38,039 bases of DNA from Mitosporidium daphniae (lineage: Eukaryota), in assembly GCF_000760515.2 (NCBI RefSeq), contig NW_013546367.1, positions 1-38,039 on the forward strand, given 5' to 3'. The position numbers were made by a program, and so were the translations under genes. The notes under the pieces were generated by a model that saw nothing but the letters and a program-made list of their open reading frames with translations, had not been told where the DNA came from and did not search any database. How positions within the stretch are numbered: the stretch's first letter is position 1; every line of letters begins with the position of its first letter. Shown here in pieces: positions 1 to 10,370 of this stretch.

Positions 1-319
1 GTATACTCATCAGTTTAGATTTACTATTGCTTTTTGTAGTGTGCTTGGATATTTTTTTAATTATACGTTTAACTAACCCACTTTCGTGGCTCAAGACTCA
101 ACACGGTACTCTTCAGGTCCTTTCAAAATGGGATGGCATCAAATTTGCTATTTATCGCAGCTTTCCAAAGACAGTCGGGAGTGAATTAAATGATTGAGGC
201 AAGGAATATATCCCTTTGGTCCATCTTTAGAATTTGTGAGAATACGAAGTTTTTGAAAATGCTCTTACCTCGTTATTTTGAAATACGCATTTGTCTCGCC
301 TCAGAATTTAAGGGGATCC

Positions 320-483
320 AACCCTAACACTAACCCTAAATTTGCTTAATCTAATTCCGCTTTCGCTCCGATCTGCCCTTCCAAAGCCTGTTTTGCATCT
401 TCAGCTGCATCTAGCGTTGAGATCAGGGTTTCTTTTCCATGATCCCGCTTATTAAAATAAAAACCATAGTAAACCCTAACCCT
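320..483. repeat. Cluster of telomere-repeat-like (TAACCC) motifs
   Basis: aaccctaacactaaccctaaa at 320-340 and aaaccctaaccct at 471-483. Confidence 0.6.
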
Positions 484-611
484 GAATAAAGCAACCTCAA
501 AAGAGATATCTGCCACACACATTCAATTATCCACATGAAAAACGGATCCAAACAGGCCTATATGGCTATTTTGATGAGTAAATCTGATGGGAATCACAGA
601 TAAGTTTATTT

Positions 612-2280
612 TCAACAGTTCATATTCACATAAAAAAGCCTAGCTTCCTCCGTTGCAGATTCATTGGTAATTTCAAATTGATTGTGAGGCGGGATTCTGA
701 ACTCGGCTCCATCAACGGCTATGAACGATGTAGTATGTATTGTGACCTTACATACTCCGGAGCAAAGGAAAAAAATCTAAAATGAAACCAAAAATGTGTA
801 CGATTGACATCGGGCCTGAATTTGAATTGGGCTTTTTCCCACACCGAGCAGGCAGCACAAGGGAACCAGATGAAAATGCCCCCTCTTGTGTAAATGTAGA
901 TGCCACAAAAAATCGATCTTTCCTTGAACTTGAGGATACATCGATGTCGTTATGGCTTATCATTAGCTCTATGTCATGAGAATTGGAAAAGGTTACTTTG
1001 AGAAATCTCTGCTTTGGAGTGATCAGAATTGACAACAAATACGGGGCCCGAAACCTCCTTATGCTCTTCAAAACCAAGGCGCTCCAACCTATGAGCCAAG
1101 GACAAAATCTTCTTTTTCGGCAAATTCTTTCTACTCGCCGAAGAAATTGCCCCAGTACATGTTAACCTCCTTCTTTTTGTGCCCACTCGCTTGTTAGAAG
1201 CTTTGCTATCGTCCATTTCCGGGTACGTAATTACATCTAAAACTGCTGGAAGCGATAATTTGGCGCACGATTCACGACGCCCATAGACAACACGCTCGTT
1301 CTTCCAAAACTCCAATGGCCTATATTTCCTTCTATTTGACCGGCGAGGATGAGGCTTCAGGGATGCTTCCGTGATGTCCTCATAGTGATTTTCGTTGCTA
1401 TCTGAGTTGGTAGAAGATAACATGGTCTGCTCCTCATACTCAAAAAATTGTTCTTCCGGTACAATAATATGGCCCTCGGTATTGGATATTATGGCCTCTG
1501 TAGAAATCGTCTCTGGTGATAAAAGCTCCGAATCTGGGAATGGAAGCTCTGTGTAGGGATGAGGAGAATTGCTAGATTTGGCCGATCCAGACGGATCAAC
1601 GTCATGAGTGTCCACCGTGTTGATGCTTGTAAATGAGAGTTGAAAATAGGATTCTGAAACGTCCAAACACTGGACATCATCGATATTGGTGGTCAACTCT
1701 ACACGTTTATCAATGGCGTGGTCAACCAAACTAAGACTTTCCTTGTTTGAAAAATCATCCCCAATCACATGGATGGCATCTCCTCCATTAATCGATAATG
1801 TAGAGGCAGTTACTTGCTGTGTTGCATCAAAGGTGGGCAAGGAACTTGGAAATTTGCCATCACTGAGTGTATCGTTTTCAAGTTCAAGTTGATTAGAAAA
1901 AAATGCATCAACAGAGCAGTTGGTCTCAACAGAGCGATTTGTGTCAACAGCGACACCTTGAATAGGCTCAATCCTACTGGTAAATCTGACCTTCGGATTG
2001 GGGGATTTTGCTGCATTCCAGTATGCCTCTACGTTCTCGAGGTTGTGGTCATTCAATGGGATGTTCTTTGGCATCTCTATGCCGGTCCTACGTCCCGCGT
2101 CTGAGGGCGACAGCAGGGAAGCGATGGCTCCCTCCGAAAAGCCTCCAGAAGGCAAAGCTACAAAATCTGTTCGTGATGCTTCTTTCAACGTCCTCTATGG
2201 ATTTAGAAAAGAGGGGTTACTCGGGTTGATATAATCGAGTCAAGGGTCGCCTTTGACGGCTGAACTGATAATTCGTCCAT
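612..2280 (-). CDS. MIF2: Centromere protein C (CENP-C/Mif2), 4 exons
   Basis: CENP-C motif RRSNRRKYRPLEFWKNERVVY. Removing GT-AG introns 2195-2220, 969-996 and 777-801 gives one frame ending in a Mif2-type cupin (GSLVLPARCGKKPNSNSGPMSIIFFLCSGVCKVTIHTTSFIAVDGAEFRIPPHNQFEITNESATEEARLFYV). Confidence 0.9.
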
Positions 2281-2399
2281 GAATTTAAATTTCGGATTTA
2301 ATGTCAATTTTAATGCAATTTTTCATTTAGCGGTTTTGGATCGACTGTTTAAATATGGTGGCGAGCAGTCGTTTGAAGGGGTATTGATATTGACTGCCA

Positions 2400-3054
2400 T
2401 TAGAACACACGTTCCGATCGAGCGGTGCGTTTTCGCTTTCTCTTTGCGGATGATTCTATAATTGAAATGTTCGGGATTTCCAAAAACCCCGCGGAGCCTC
2501 TAAAATCAGCCTGGCTATTTTGAAAAGATGTTGACCTGTTTCCTAGGAAATCCGAAGCAAGGCCCAAGTAACCATACCTGGATGCCGGCTCGATATATGC
2601 TCTCTGGGTTTCCCGTGGCAATTTTGCGATGCTTTTAACGCTTGATTTAGCGCCGTAATTTTGAACTCCAAATATAACTGCTGCTGACGGGCCTGGTAAT
2701 TCCAGAACGATAAGGCTCTATTAGCAACATCGAGAATGGTGGACGGCGAAAGACCGGCCAAAACCATCTATCTGCTAAGTCCTCCGTACATCTACTGATT
2801 TCCATTCGGTTTCTGGATCGAGGTTTGTAAAAAAGATATCCTTTTCTGCAAACAAGTCTGAATTGCAGGCTGGACATCGCAATTTGGACGTGAAAAACTT
2901 GGTTCCGCACTCTTCGCATATGATATCTAAATTGCTTATTGATGTCAAACCTACGAGAACACGAAGTTATGTATGCTCGGTCGGTGAGAAAAAGCTTCCC
3001 GCACGCAACGACATTGCAATAGAGCGAAACAAATTCATCCCCACTACAATTCAT
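2400..3054 (-). CDS. HEI10: HEI10/CCNB1IP1 meiotic RING E3 ligase, about 187 aa, 4 exons
   Basis: Introns 2927-2954, 2768-2795 and 2543-2577. Spliced protein YCNVVACGK..ITSCSHIICEEC..RCPACNSDL..DIFFTNLDP..MVLAGLSPSTILDVANRALSFWNYQ matches the HEI10 RING plus its LAGLxP..RALSFWxYQ signature. Confidence 0.85.
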
Positions 3055-3120
3055 GGCACCAGATAAAATTTCAAATAATGCATAAAATTTTTAACTTCAA
3101 TTTGATTTCCAATCTTTCAG

Positions 3121-3858
3121 ATGTTTAAAAACTCTGCCCGGTTCTACAATCATTTGCTAAACCGCTACACATATCCCGTACAAATGGCGTCTGCCGGCAT
3201 GCTTTGGTTTTCGGGTGATGTCCTCTGCCAATACTTGGTTTGGCACGCCAGCTCGGGCACCGAGCTTTCCTGCTGTACGTCTGCCACATGCCCAGAGTGC
3301 ATTTGCGATTCTACAATGACACCTGTGCAGCGGGAGCGCTCCACATTTACTCAGCAAATCGACTGGCCAAGATCTGTTCGAATGACTTTGTATGGAACGT
3401 TTTTTTCTGCGCCAATTTATACATTCTGGTTTACCCTTTTAGAAAAGCTTTCAACACACACGTTCAAATCCTACCCGAGCTCCGTGATACCCTCAAAGCT
3501 GCTCAAAACTCCCTCCCATCTTCAAAGCGCAAAAGTTTCCAACGCAACATCCAGATTGCTAAAAATAACTGCCTTCAAGACTTTCCTTGACGTAATCGTA
3601 TTTGATCCTTTCTATTTGTCGTTCTTTTTTACCGTCTCCGGCTGCATGGAAAATAGGTCAAAAGAGGATATCAAAAAAAAGCTGCATGACGAGCTTTCCA
3701 CAACGTATTTGACTGGCGTTGCTGTGTGGCTTCCAATTCAATTCGCCAACTTCCGATACATTCCGGTCCCTTATCAACCCTTGATCGTCCAAGGTGTAAA
3801 TCTTTTTTGGAATTCTTTCCTTTCTTGGGTCCAACACAAAGAATCTAGGAATCATTAA
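3121..3858 (+). CDS. Mpv17/PMP22 family membrane protein (Sym1-like)
   Basis: GDVLCQ, DWPRSVRMTLYG, WLPIQFANFRYIPVPYQ and VNLFWNSFLSW are Mpv17/PMP22 motifs. Confidence 0.88.
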   Translation: MFKNSARFYNHLLNRYTYPVQMASAGMLWFSGDVLCQYLVWHASSGTELSCCTSATCPECICDSTMTPVQRERSTFTQQIDWPRSVRMTLYGTFFSAPIYTFWFTLLEKLSTHTFKSYPSSVIPSKLLKTPSHLQSAKVSNATSRLLKITAFKTFLDVIVFDPFYLSFFFTVSGCMENRSKEDIKKKLHDELSTTYLTGVAVWLPIQFANFRYIPVPYQPLIVQGVNLFWNSFLSWVQHKESRNH

Positions 3859-3991
3859 GAACCCATCGCTTATAGAGTGAAGCATTGTGCCTCTTATTTA
3901 TTAATAAATTTATTTTGTACGCCAAATTTGTTTCATTGCACGTCCAATGGAATTTTCTCCTATTTGAGCATAATTCCGCGCACTGCACTTG

Positions 3992-4214
3992 ATGGAATAT
4001 AAGGAGCTTCCGGCAATTCTCTTTCCTTTCTCGCTCAATGGTACCAAATTTCTGCTGATTTAGTTTAGAAATGCAATTAAGAACACTGGTGGAGGAGCAG
4101 TCGATTTTATTTATCATTCACATGCTCATAGTGCTGATAATTGTTTGCATTTTTCTCATCGGCCTTACCATTGGATATCTAACGCAAGGACCAAAATCAG
4201 ACCCTAGAAAATAA
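3992..4214 (+). CDS. Putative 64-aa single-pass membrane microprotein (2 exons)
   Basis: ATG 3992, 28-nt GTACC..TTTAG intron 4041-4068, stop 4212-4214. Product MEYKELPAILFPFSLNEMQLRTLVEEQSILFIIHMLIVLIIVCIFLIGLTIGYLTQGPKSDPRK. It fills an otherwise empty gap. Confidence 0.4.
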
Positions 4215-4217
4215 ATG

Positions 4218-5458
4218 TCACCTCCGGTTTATTAGGGTATTTGAGGGCTTAAGGCCTAAATTAAGTGTAACCCTCGTGTTCAATAGGTCTGTGCCATTAT
4301 CAGCCATTCGATTGTGTGCGTTTAAGGCTGCCAGAGGCGTAGCCTTTGCCAAGCACCCCTGAAATGGGCCGGTAGATTCACCGCTTTTTGGCCCTTTAAA
4401 AAAGCTAGAAAGCTTCCGCTGGCCACAACTTGGAATCGCATCAGCTTGCTTGTGCATTTTTGCCTTCTTGACCTCCACTGTCCTGCATTCAACACTGCTG
4501 CCAAGCTCAGAAATCGTTGGAACAGGCCACTCTATTTCAATAGCATGTTCTTGCAGGATTTTTTCGCACGTCGACCAAGAAAAACGAATCAAGTCAGCAA
4601 AGCCAAAAAACGGCTGAATATTATTATTCAGCCAACCGATGGTTACTGGATCTGAAAGTCAGTTTGAAAAGCAGGCAGTTACCTCCCGGGTATCCCGATC
4701 CAAACTTTTTGTTTTGAAACCGATCTGTTTTAGCGTTGCTGGCAAAATCCCAGTTTTCCAAGCAAACATCTCTGAAAACCTGAAGATTAGCGCGACACAA
4801 GGCACCTTAGCAAGAATGCTGGCCGCAGATACCATTGGATATAAAGAATCTGCCTTTGGCGAGACCGTGAATTTGATTTTTGGAAATTTAGACGAAAGAA
4901 ATCTCTCCAGTGAGGCGGGCACGCCCACAGTATCGATCCAAAGCTATGGAAAATAAAATCGCCATCTTTACGGTAGTGATATTTATTCCCTTGGAAAGAA
5001 CACGCTCGATCAATTCTACTATTGCTAGATGCGATAGCGTATTAAGGTTGATCTTGTTCCTAATATTGTTGCTCATTAAAAGCGACCTACTTTTTTAGCA
5101 TGGCTTGCGATATTTCAACAGCAGAGATTGGTTTGATCAACCAACCAAACTCTGCTGAAGCTCTGGCACTAGTCAGCGATTTGATAAAGTTGTTTCTTTG
5201 GTCTGCAGAAAGTGTCTTCGAATCTAACATTAAGACTGCAACATGATGGATACCTTGGACCCCCAATTGCTTTATATTCGCCTCCTCGTGTAAAGGGCAA
5301 AATGCTATGGAATATACAAGAGGACCTTTCAAGTTACTTGAAGTGAACATACCAAGAACCGGCCCCCTTCCGGCCTCATCGATGCCCCCACAAAATGGCG
5401 CCATCCCACTTTTCACTTGTTTGGGAAACGCCTCAACAGGCGGCAACAACGCAGCCAT
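4218..5458 (-). CDS. RNH201: Ribonuclease H2 catalytic subunit A, 6 short introns
   Basis: GIDEAGRGPVLGPLVY, DSKTL, IDTVG, KADSLYPMVSAASILAKV, FGSGYPGDP and IRFSWST are recovered after splicing. Confidence 0.93.
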
Positions 5459-5487
5459 TGATGGAACCAAAATATTTATTTGAATTT

Positions 5488-6561
5488 TTACACCCCAAAA
5501 AACCAATTTAAAAGATTGTCAAAATAACTGCCAAGTTCTTGGGTTTGTTCCACCCTTAACGGAAACAAGGCCTCGTCGGCGTGATTTTGTTTGTAATCTA
5601 AAAAGATATTTTCAGTATTCTGGATGGAGGAAGATGGCGTGTTTTGGCGCTTAAGCTTCACCGGGCTACATGACCAAATTACATCCTCGGCACAAATGGA
5701 ATTTAACTTGGCCCTTGCCGTATCAAATGGAATGACCCCAAGCATATATTGTACATCTGTGCCATCAGCCAACGTTGCAAACATTAAAGTTCCTTGCTTT
5801 TCTAATGCTTTTGAAGCATCCAATGGGGAAGCCCATTCTACATGGATCCAAGACGGACCAGCGGAACAGTTATCAAACGGATCCCTGAACGTGCTGCTAG
5901 ATTTGGGTTCGATGGGATTAAGGCTTTTAATAAACTTCACAGTTCCTATCGTTTTAAAATATGAGATGATCACATCCAACTCTGCCGGTGGAAATCCAAA
6001 TATAGTTGTCATCGTACAAATAGGAAACTCTCTGTTCCTAATGGAGGAGAACGGGGTTATTGGGGACTGTGCAAGCATAGCATTTTCGACACCTCCTGAA
6101 GATGGTGTTGGAGTACAGGGTGTATGTGCTACAGAATCCGACAGCGATTCCCTAGGCGGACTGCCAAGAAGACCAGAGCTAGGAACTGCATCTGCAAAAG
6201 AAGAAGAAGAGCTAGAGGCAATTATTTGATTTAAATTATCGATAGATATCGTATCCCGGAGTGGAGAGAAAGTTCTCCGCTCCAAATGAACTTGGTTCGC
6301 GGAGACATTGTTTTTGCCAGCATGAAAGAAGGATGGCGGTGTGCCTTTGGACGGTGAAGATGTGAGTGGTAAATTTCTTAATGGGTCTGGAGAAGAGGCC
6401 TGACCCAATAAATATTGTGGGAGATACATGGAGGTGCATGGCGATTTGACAGCAGAAGAAGAAGAAGAAGCCTCGGAATTCTCTGATGAAAATTGCCTCC
6501 CAGAGGCTGTAGGTTGGGTTCCCCATTCATATGTGGCTGAGGAGGTGTGTGTTTGAGACAT
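5488..6561 (-). CDS. NUP53: Nucleoporin Nup53/Nup35
   Basis: S/P-rich N-terminus (LPQYLLG), RRM-like TIFGFPP..WIHVEWASPLDASKALEKQG, and C-terminal amphipathic helix YFDNLLNWFFGV. Confidence 0.85.
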   Translation of the reverse strand: MSQTHTSSATYEWGTQPTASGRQFSSENSEASSSSSAVKSPCTSMYLPQYLLGQASSPDPLRNLPLTSSPSKGTPPSFFHAGKNNVSANQVHLERRTFSPLRDTISIDNLNQIIASSSSSSFADAVPSSGLLGSPPRESLSDSVAHTPCTPTPSSGGVENAMLAQSPITPFSSIRNREFPICTMTTIFGFPPAELDVIISYFKTIGTVKFIKSLNPIEPKSSSTFRDPFDNCSAGPSWIHVEWASPLDASKALEKQGTLMFATLADGTDVQYMLGVIPFDTARAKLNSICAEDVIWSCSPVKLKRQNTPSSSIQNTENIFLDYKQNHADEALFPLRVEQTQELGSYFDNLLNWFFGV

Positions 6562-6716
6562 TTGAATAAAATAATGAAGGATGTAAAAATTAAATTAAAA
6601 ATTATCTTCAATTAATCAGCATGCACTTAAATGGAAAGTCAATGTTTGATCTTTGATCATGCATCAAAGCCAGTAATTTTCCAAACTTTACTTGAAGTCA
6701 AACCGCATTGAAGCGT

Positions 6717-8828
6717 ATGGGATTTTTTTCTGTCATAACTCGGGCGTTGAACCCGGCATTCGGTATTTGTGTGATGCTAATTAGCAGAGAAAGATATTCT
6801 GACGGCCATTATAACGCAGTTTTATGAGTTTTCTGTAGATTTCCTGTCGTTTTGGTACAAGGTTGGATTTTCCTGCTGATTTTAGATCATTTATGGAAGG
6901 TTAATGGACCAAGTGCTCATTAAAAACGAGCTGATGCTTGGCATGAACAATGCCACGAATTATTCCGAATGGCTTCAGTTTGCCTCGCAATTGGATATCT
7001 TGGAAGGTAAAAATGCAGCGTTGCTAACGCAGCACTTTAGGCCAACATTTATGGCGACTTCAAGACACCTCGTCCGTGTATGATTATGAACTGCTTTCTC
7101 GCCGATTGGAAGAAATGCAAAGCGCCTACTCTTGGGCAGATGTCAATGCTGTCGCATTTTTGCTTCGAACAAGCATGTCAAGAAATATCGGCAACATTGG
7201 CGCAAAAGAGCTGTACCGGTACTCTAGAATAGGCACGAAATCATTGATCGAAAAATACTTGAAGCAAACGTCTTCGCTGATTGATTATGTGGTGTCGCAA
7301 GAGTCTTATTTTCAAAACATCTCGCCGCCACAGCTGGACGGCCGAATACATGGGCTACCTTTATATTTGCCTTCAGAAGCCACGGAAGTTTCTTCCGTTT
7401 CAAGATCCCCAATTCCTGCGTCCGGCAAAAACGATTCGTTTCACAACATTTCCTCTGCCGACCTGATAATGAGGCAGCTATCTTTCTTTTCTGACTTGCG
7501 ACATACACTTGGAAACTCTGCATTGATGTTATCCGGCGGCGCTACGCTTGGCATCCATCATATTGGCGTACTCAAATGCTTGTATGAGCAAAAAATGCTA
7601 CCTCGCATCCTATGTGGGTCGTCAGCGGGGGCCATCGTGGCCTCCATGGTAGCTATTCGTTTGGATTCTGAACTTCAAGAAATCCTTGCATCCCTTGACG
7701 ACGTTTCTTGGCATTTCTTTGAAGGCCCAGATCAACACCTCAAACATACCACCTTTCCGTTGGCCAGATTCGCCAGGCAGCTTATCCGGCTCATACGAGA
7801 TGGCGCCGTTTTCGATAGCGACGTTCTCTCCGAATTTTTGCGTGAACATGTCGGTGCAACGGTCACCTTTCTAGAGGCCTACAATCGCACCCGACGCGTT
7901 TTGAATGTTGCCGTGTCATCGACCACGCCATATGAAATGCCTCGCCTTTTGAATTATTTGACATCACCATATGTGCTGATTTGGACGGCAGTTGCTGCGT
8001 CTTGTGCAGCTCCAACTCTCTTTAAATCCAGTAGGATTCTTGTAAAAACCCCGTCTGGGGAAATCATCCCATGGTCGGGCTCGGATGATGCAACTTGGAT
8101 GGACGGGTCTGTTGAAAATGACCTTCCAATATCCAGAATTGCACACCTGTTTAATGTAAACTTTTTCATCGTATCGCAGGTTTCCATTTTGGGGCTTATT
8201 TTAGGTTAATCCACACGTGGTCCCTTTTCTCACAAAGGGCGGTATCCGCGAATCAAGGCTTGATTCGTTTAAACGCATTGTGTGCCATGTGTTGAGGGAA
8301 GAAATCCTTTTTAGGCTCCCAATGCTGATTGATTTTGGCCTTGTTCCCAGACGGCTGGGCGTCTTTTTAAGAAACATCCTCTCTCAAAAGTACGAAGGCG
8401 ATGTGACAATTGTTCCAAGCACCATAGCCTTGACAGACTTGCTGAATATTTTTACGGCTCCCACTTCAGACAGGGTCCATTCAGCGGTTTTACGAGGCGA
8501 GCATGCCACTTGGCCATATCTTGCCTTCATCCGTTCCCAGACCTATGTGGAGATGAAATTAGACAGGGTACTTTATGCGCTAAAGTGCAGATTGTTAGAG
8601 CAGTCTTGGAGCCGTGCCCCACGGGAGCTTCTGAGGCCGATTGGGTTCACCCCATCAGCCGAGCTTGACAAAAATGGGTCTCCAAGCAACTCGAATGCAA
8701 ACGACAGCTCTGTTGTATGGAACGAAGAGGCCGCCGTGCCTCCTCTGTTGGGTGAACTGGGTTGGAAATACCCTAGCAATCGAATTTCGCCTTTTCTTAA
8801 CCACACCAGCTATCCAAGGAGTAGATAG
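6717..8828 (+). CDS. Patatin-family triacylglycerol lipase (Tgl3/4/5, SDP1-like)
   Basis: SGGATLG oxyanion motif, GSSAG nucleophile, WMDGSVENDLP, FNVNFFIVSQ|VNPHV. Three small 5' introns join ATG 6717 to the main ORF, and one intron lies near 8181-8204. Confidence 0.9.
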
Positions 8829-8925
8829 TGCATGTGCGTCCGCGTCCTCTTGCATGTTATCCAAGTAAATTGTAAAAAAATTTATAGAGAAACCTTGATA
8901 CATAACTCGTAATTTTGCCATTAAG

Positions 8926-10310
8926 CTATGGCATCAGAATCCCCATCCGTCCTGAAGACGAAATTGATACGGAAGGCGCACCGGAAGGCAAAGCCACGGA
9001 GGTGCTTTTTCGGCCATAGGACAGCTTTTCTGTTCGAAGCTTCACAACGGACGGTACCCACATAAAACGTTTGTTCTGAAACTTCTCAATGTCCGCTGCA
9101 ACCCGGCGCTCACGGGTGCCTTCATAAACATGGACAACTTGCTCCTCTTCAGAAACAAGAGAGCCACAGGCCTCCCCAGAGTATGTGGCTGTAGGATCGA
9201 CAGATCGGATTTCTCTAAGATATATCAGAAATGGCGTATTATCATCAGGGCCCAATGAATAAAACTCGTCCCTGGAGGCCACCTTTAGAGCCGCATCACG
9301 GGGCCATCTATTTTTATAAACAAAGCCGCTAACCTATTCTGGAAGATGTGAAAGTTGGAAGCGGCAGTACGATACGGTGCGTGGGACTCGTCCAAAAGAA
9401 TATACCGTCTTATCTCTGCAAATTAGAAAAATTGTTGCGCAAGGTCAAAGCCAGAGCAAGGCAAAAGTAAAAGCAATCGTACCGTGATCAGACCAGGGAA
9501 CGAATGTTTCCAAGTTTCGCCACTTGTCTTTCAGGTCTACGGAAGACCTATCCTTGAATTTGAATGCCGGGTCCGAAAGGATAGCCTTCCACTTTCCTTT
9601 TCCATATTTCCTGACACCCTCCTTCAAATATCTAAATAAAAGAATTGGTATTAGATGGTGATAAATAATTGGCAATCACAGGGAAAGGCCGGCAACTTAC
9701 TCCGTTTCTTCTTCATCCCAAAAACACCGATGCTTCCAAAGGTGCTCCCCAGACGCTCTTTTAGCCCTGCGAGTTTCTGAATTTGCCAATGGTGGTGTGG
9801 CAATGGCAGAGCTCTTCGCAGACTTGGATGTCCGTTTCCTCAATGGGGCAAGTTCTGAAGAAAGAGATTCAAACTCGTCATTTGAAGCCTCTTTTTCGGC
9901 CTCTTCATCCTCCATCATGCTAGAAAGCTGATGAAATGGGGTCGATGTTCCGGCCGTAGAGTTCAACAGATGCGAGTGCGAATTATGGATAGAAACGATG
10001 GTGTTGTGGCTTTGAGGATGGTCTAAATTGGACGCGTGATTATCGCCCAACATTTCATTAGCCTCCTTCCTTGGTAGACGCCCCTTTCGCCGAGCGGTAA
10101 GATCGGGGATCGCGCTGGACGGGAAGTGTTCTTGCGCGGGACTTGAATCAGAATGTGTTTCTCGTACCATCTAAGTGCGTAAGATTCGCATAAGAAATGG
10201 CCCGTGTGATAACAATGAATATGGAAAATGATTATTGGACTTACCTGTGATAATAGGGTTGGTGAATGACGGTGTAAACCTAAACAAAAAGTAGGGTTAA
10301 TTTGTGCCAT
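8926..10310 (-). CDS. Telobox/TRF-type Myb domain fused to a C-terminal MC1-like chromosomal protein domain (about 360-382 aa, 5 exons)
   Basis: Introns 10171-10244, 9632-9700, 9416-9482 and 9308-9333. Myb: [41 protein letters not shown]1-like: [53 protein letters not shown]. The start is either ATG 10310 or ATG 10170. Confidence 0.85.
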
Positions 10311-10370
10311 GGGGCCAATGTAAATGATGTGCTTGTTGGGGGGGGGGTAATTTTAATTTTACTTAATTTT

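Noticed and set aside
320..483. True telomere or telomerase RNA template
   Set aside because: The motifs are only 1.5-2 repeat units, are internal, and I could not establish a pseudoknot or other TR elements by eye.
3100..3123. Pyrimidine-AG just before several ATGs (3121, 18192, 33493, 37658) as a sign of spliced-leader trans-splicing
   Set aside because: It is absent before other starts (e.g. USP7) and is explicable by AT-rich initiator sequence or 5' introns. There is no SL RNA evidence.
5624..6229. Antisense ORFs of 150-250 aa (5624-6229, 11308-11862, 13793-14245, 32264-33010)
   Set aside because: They overlap well-supported genes on the opposite strand and show no recognisable domains.
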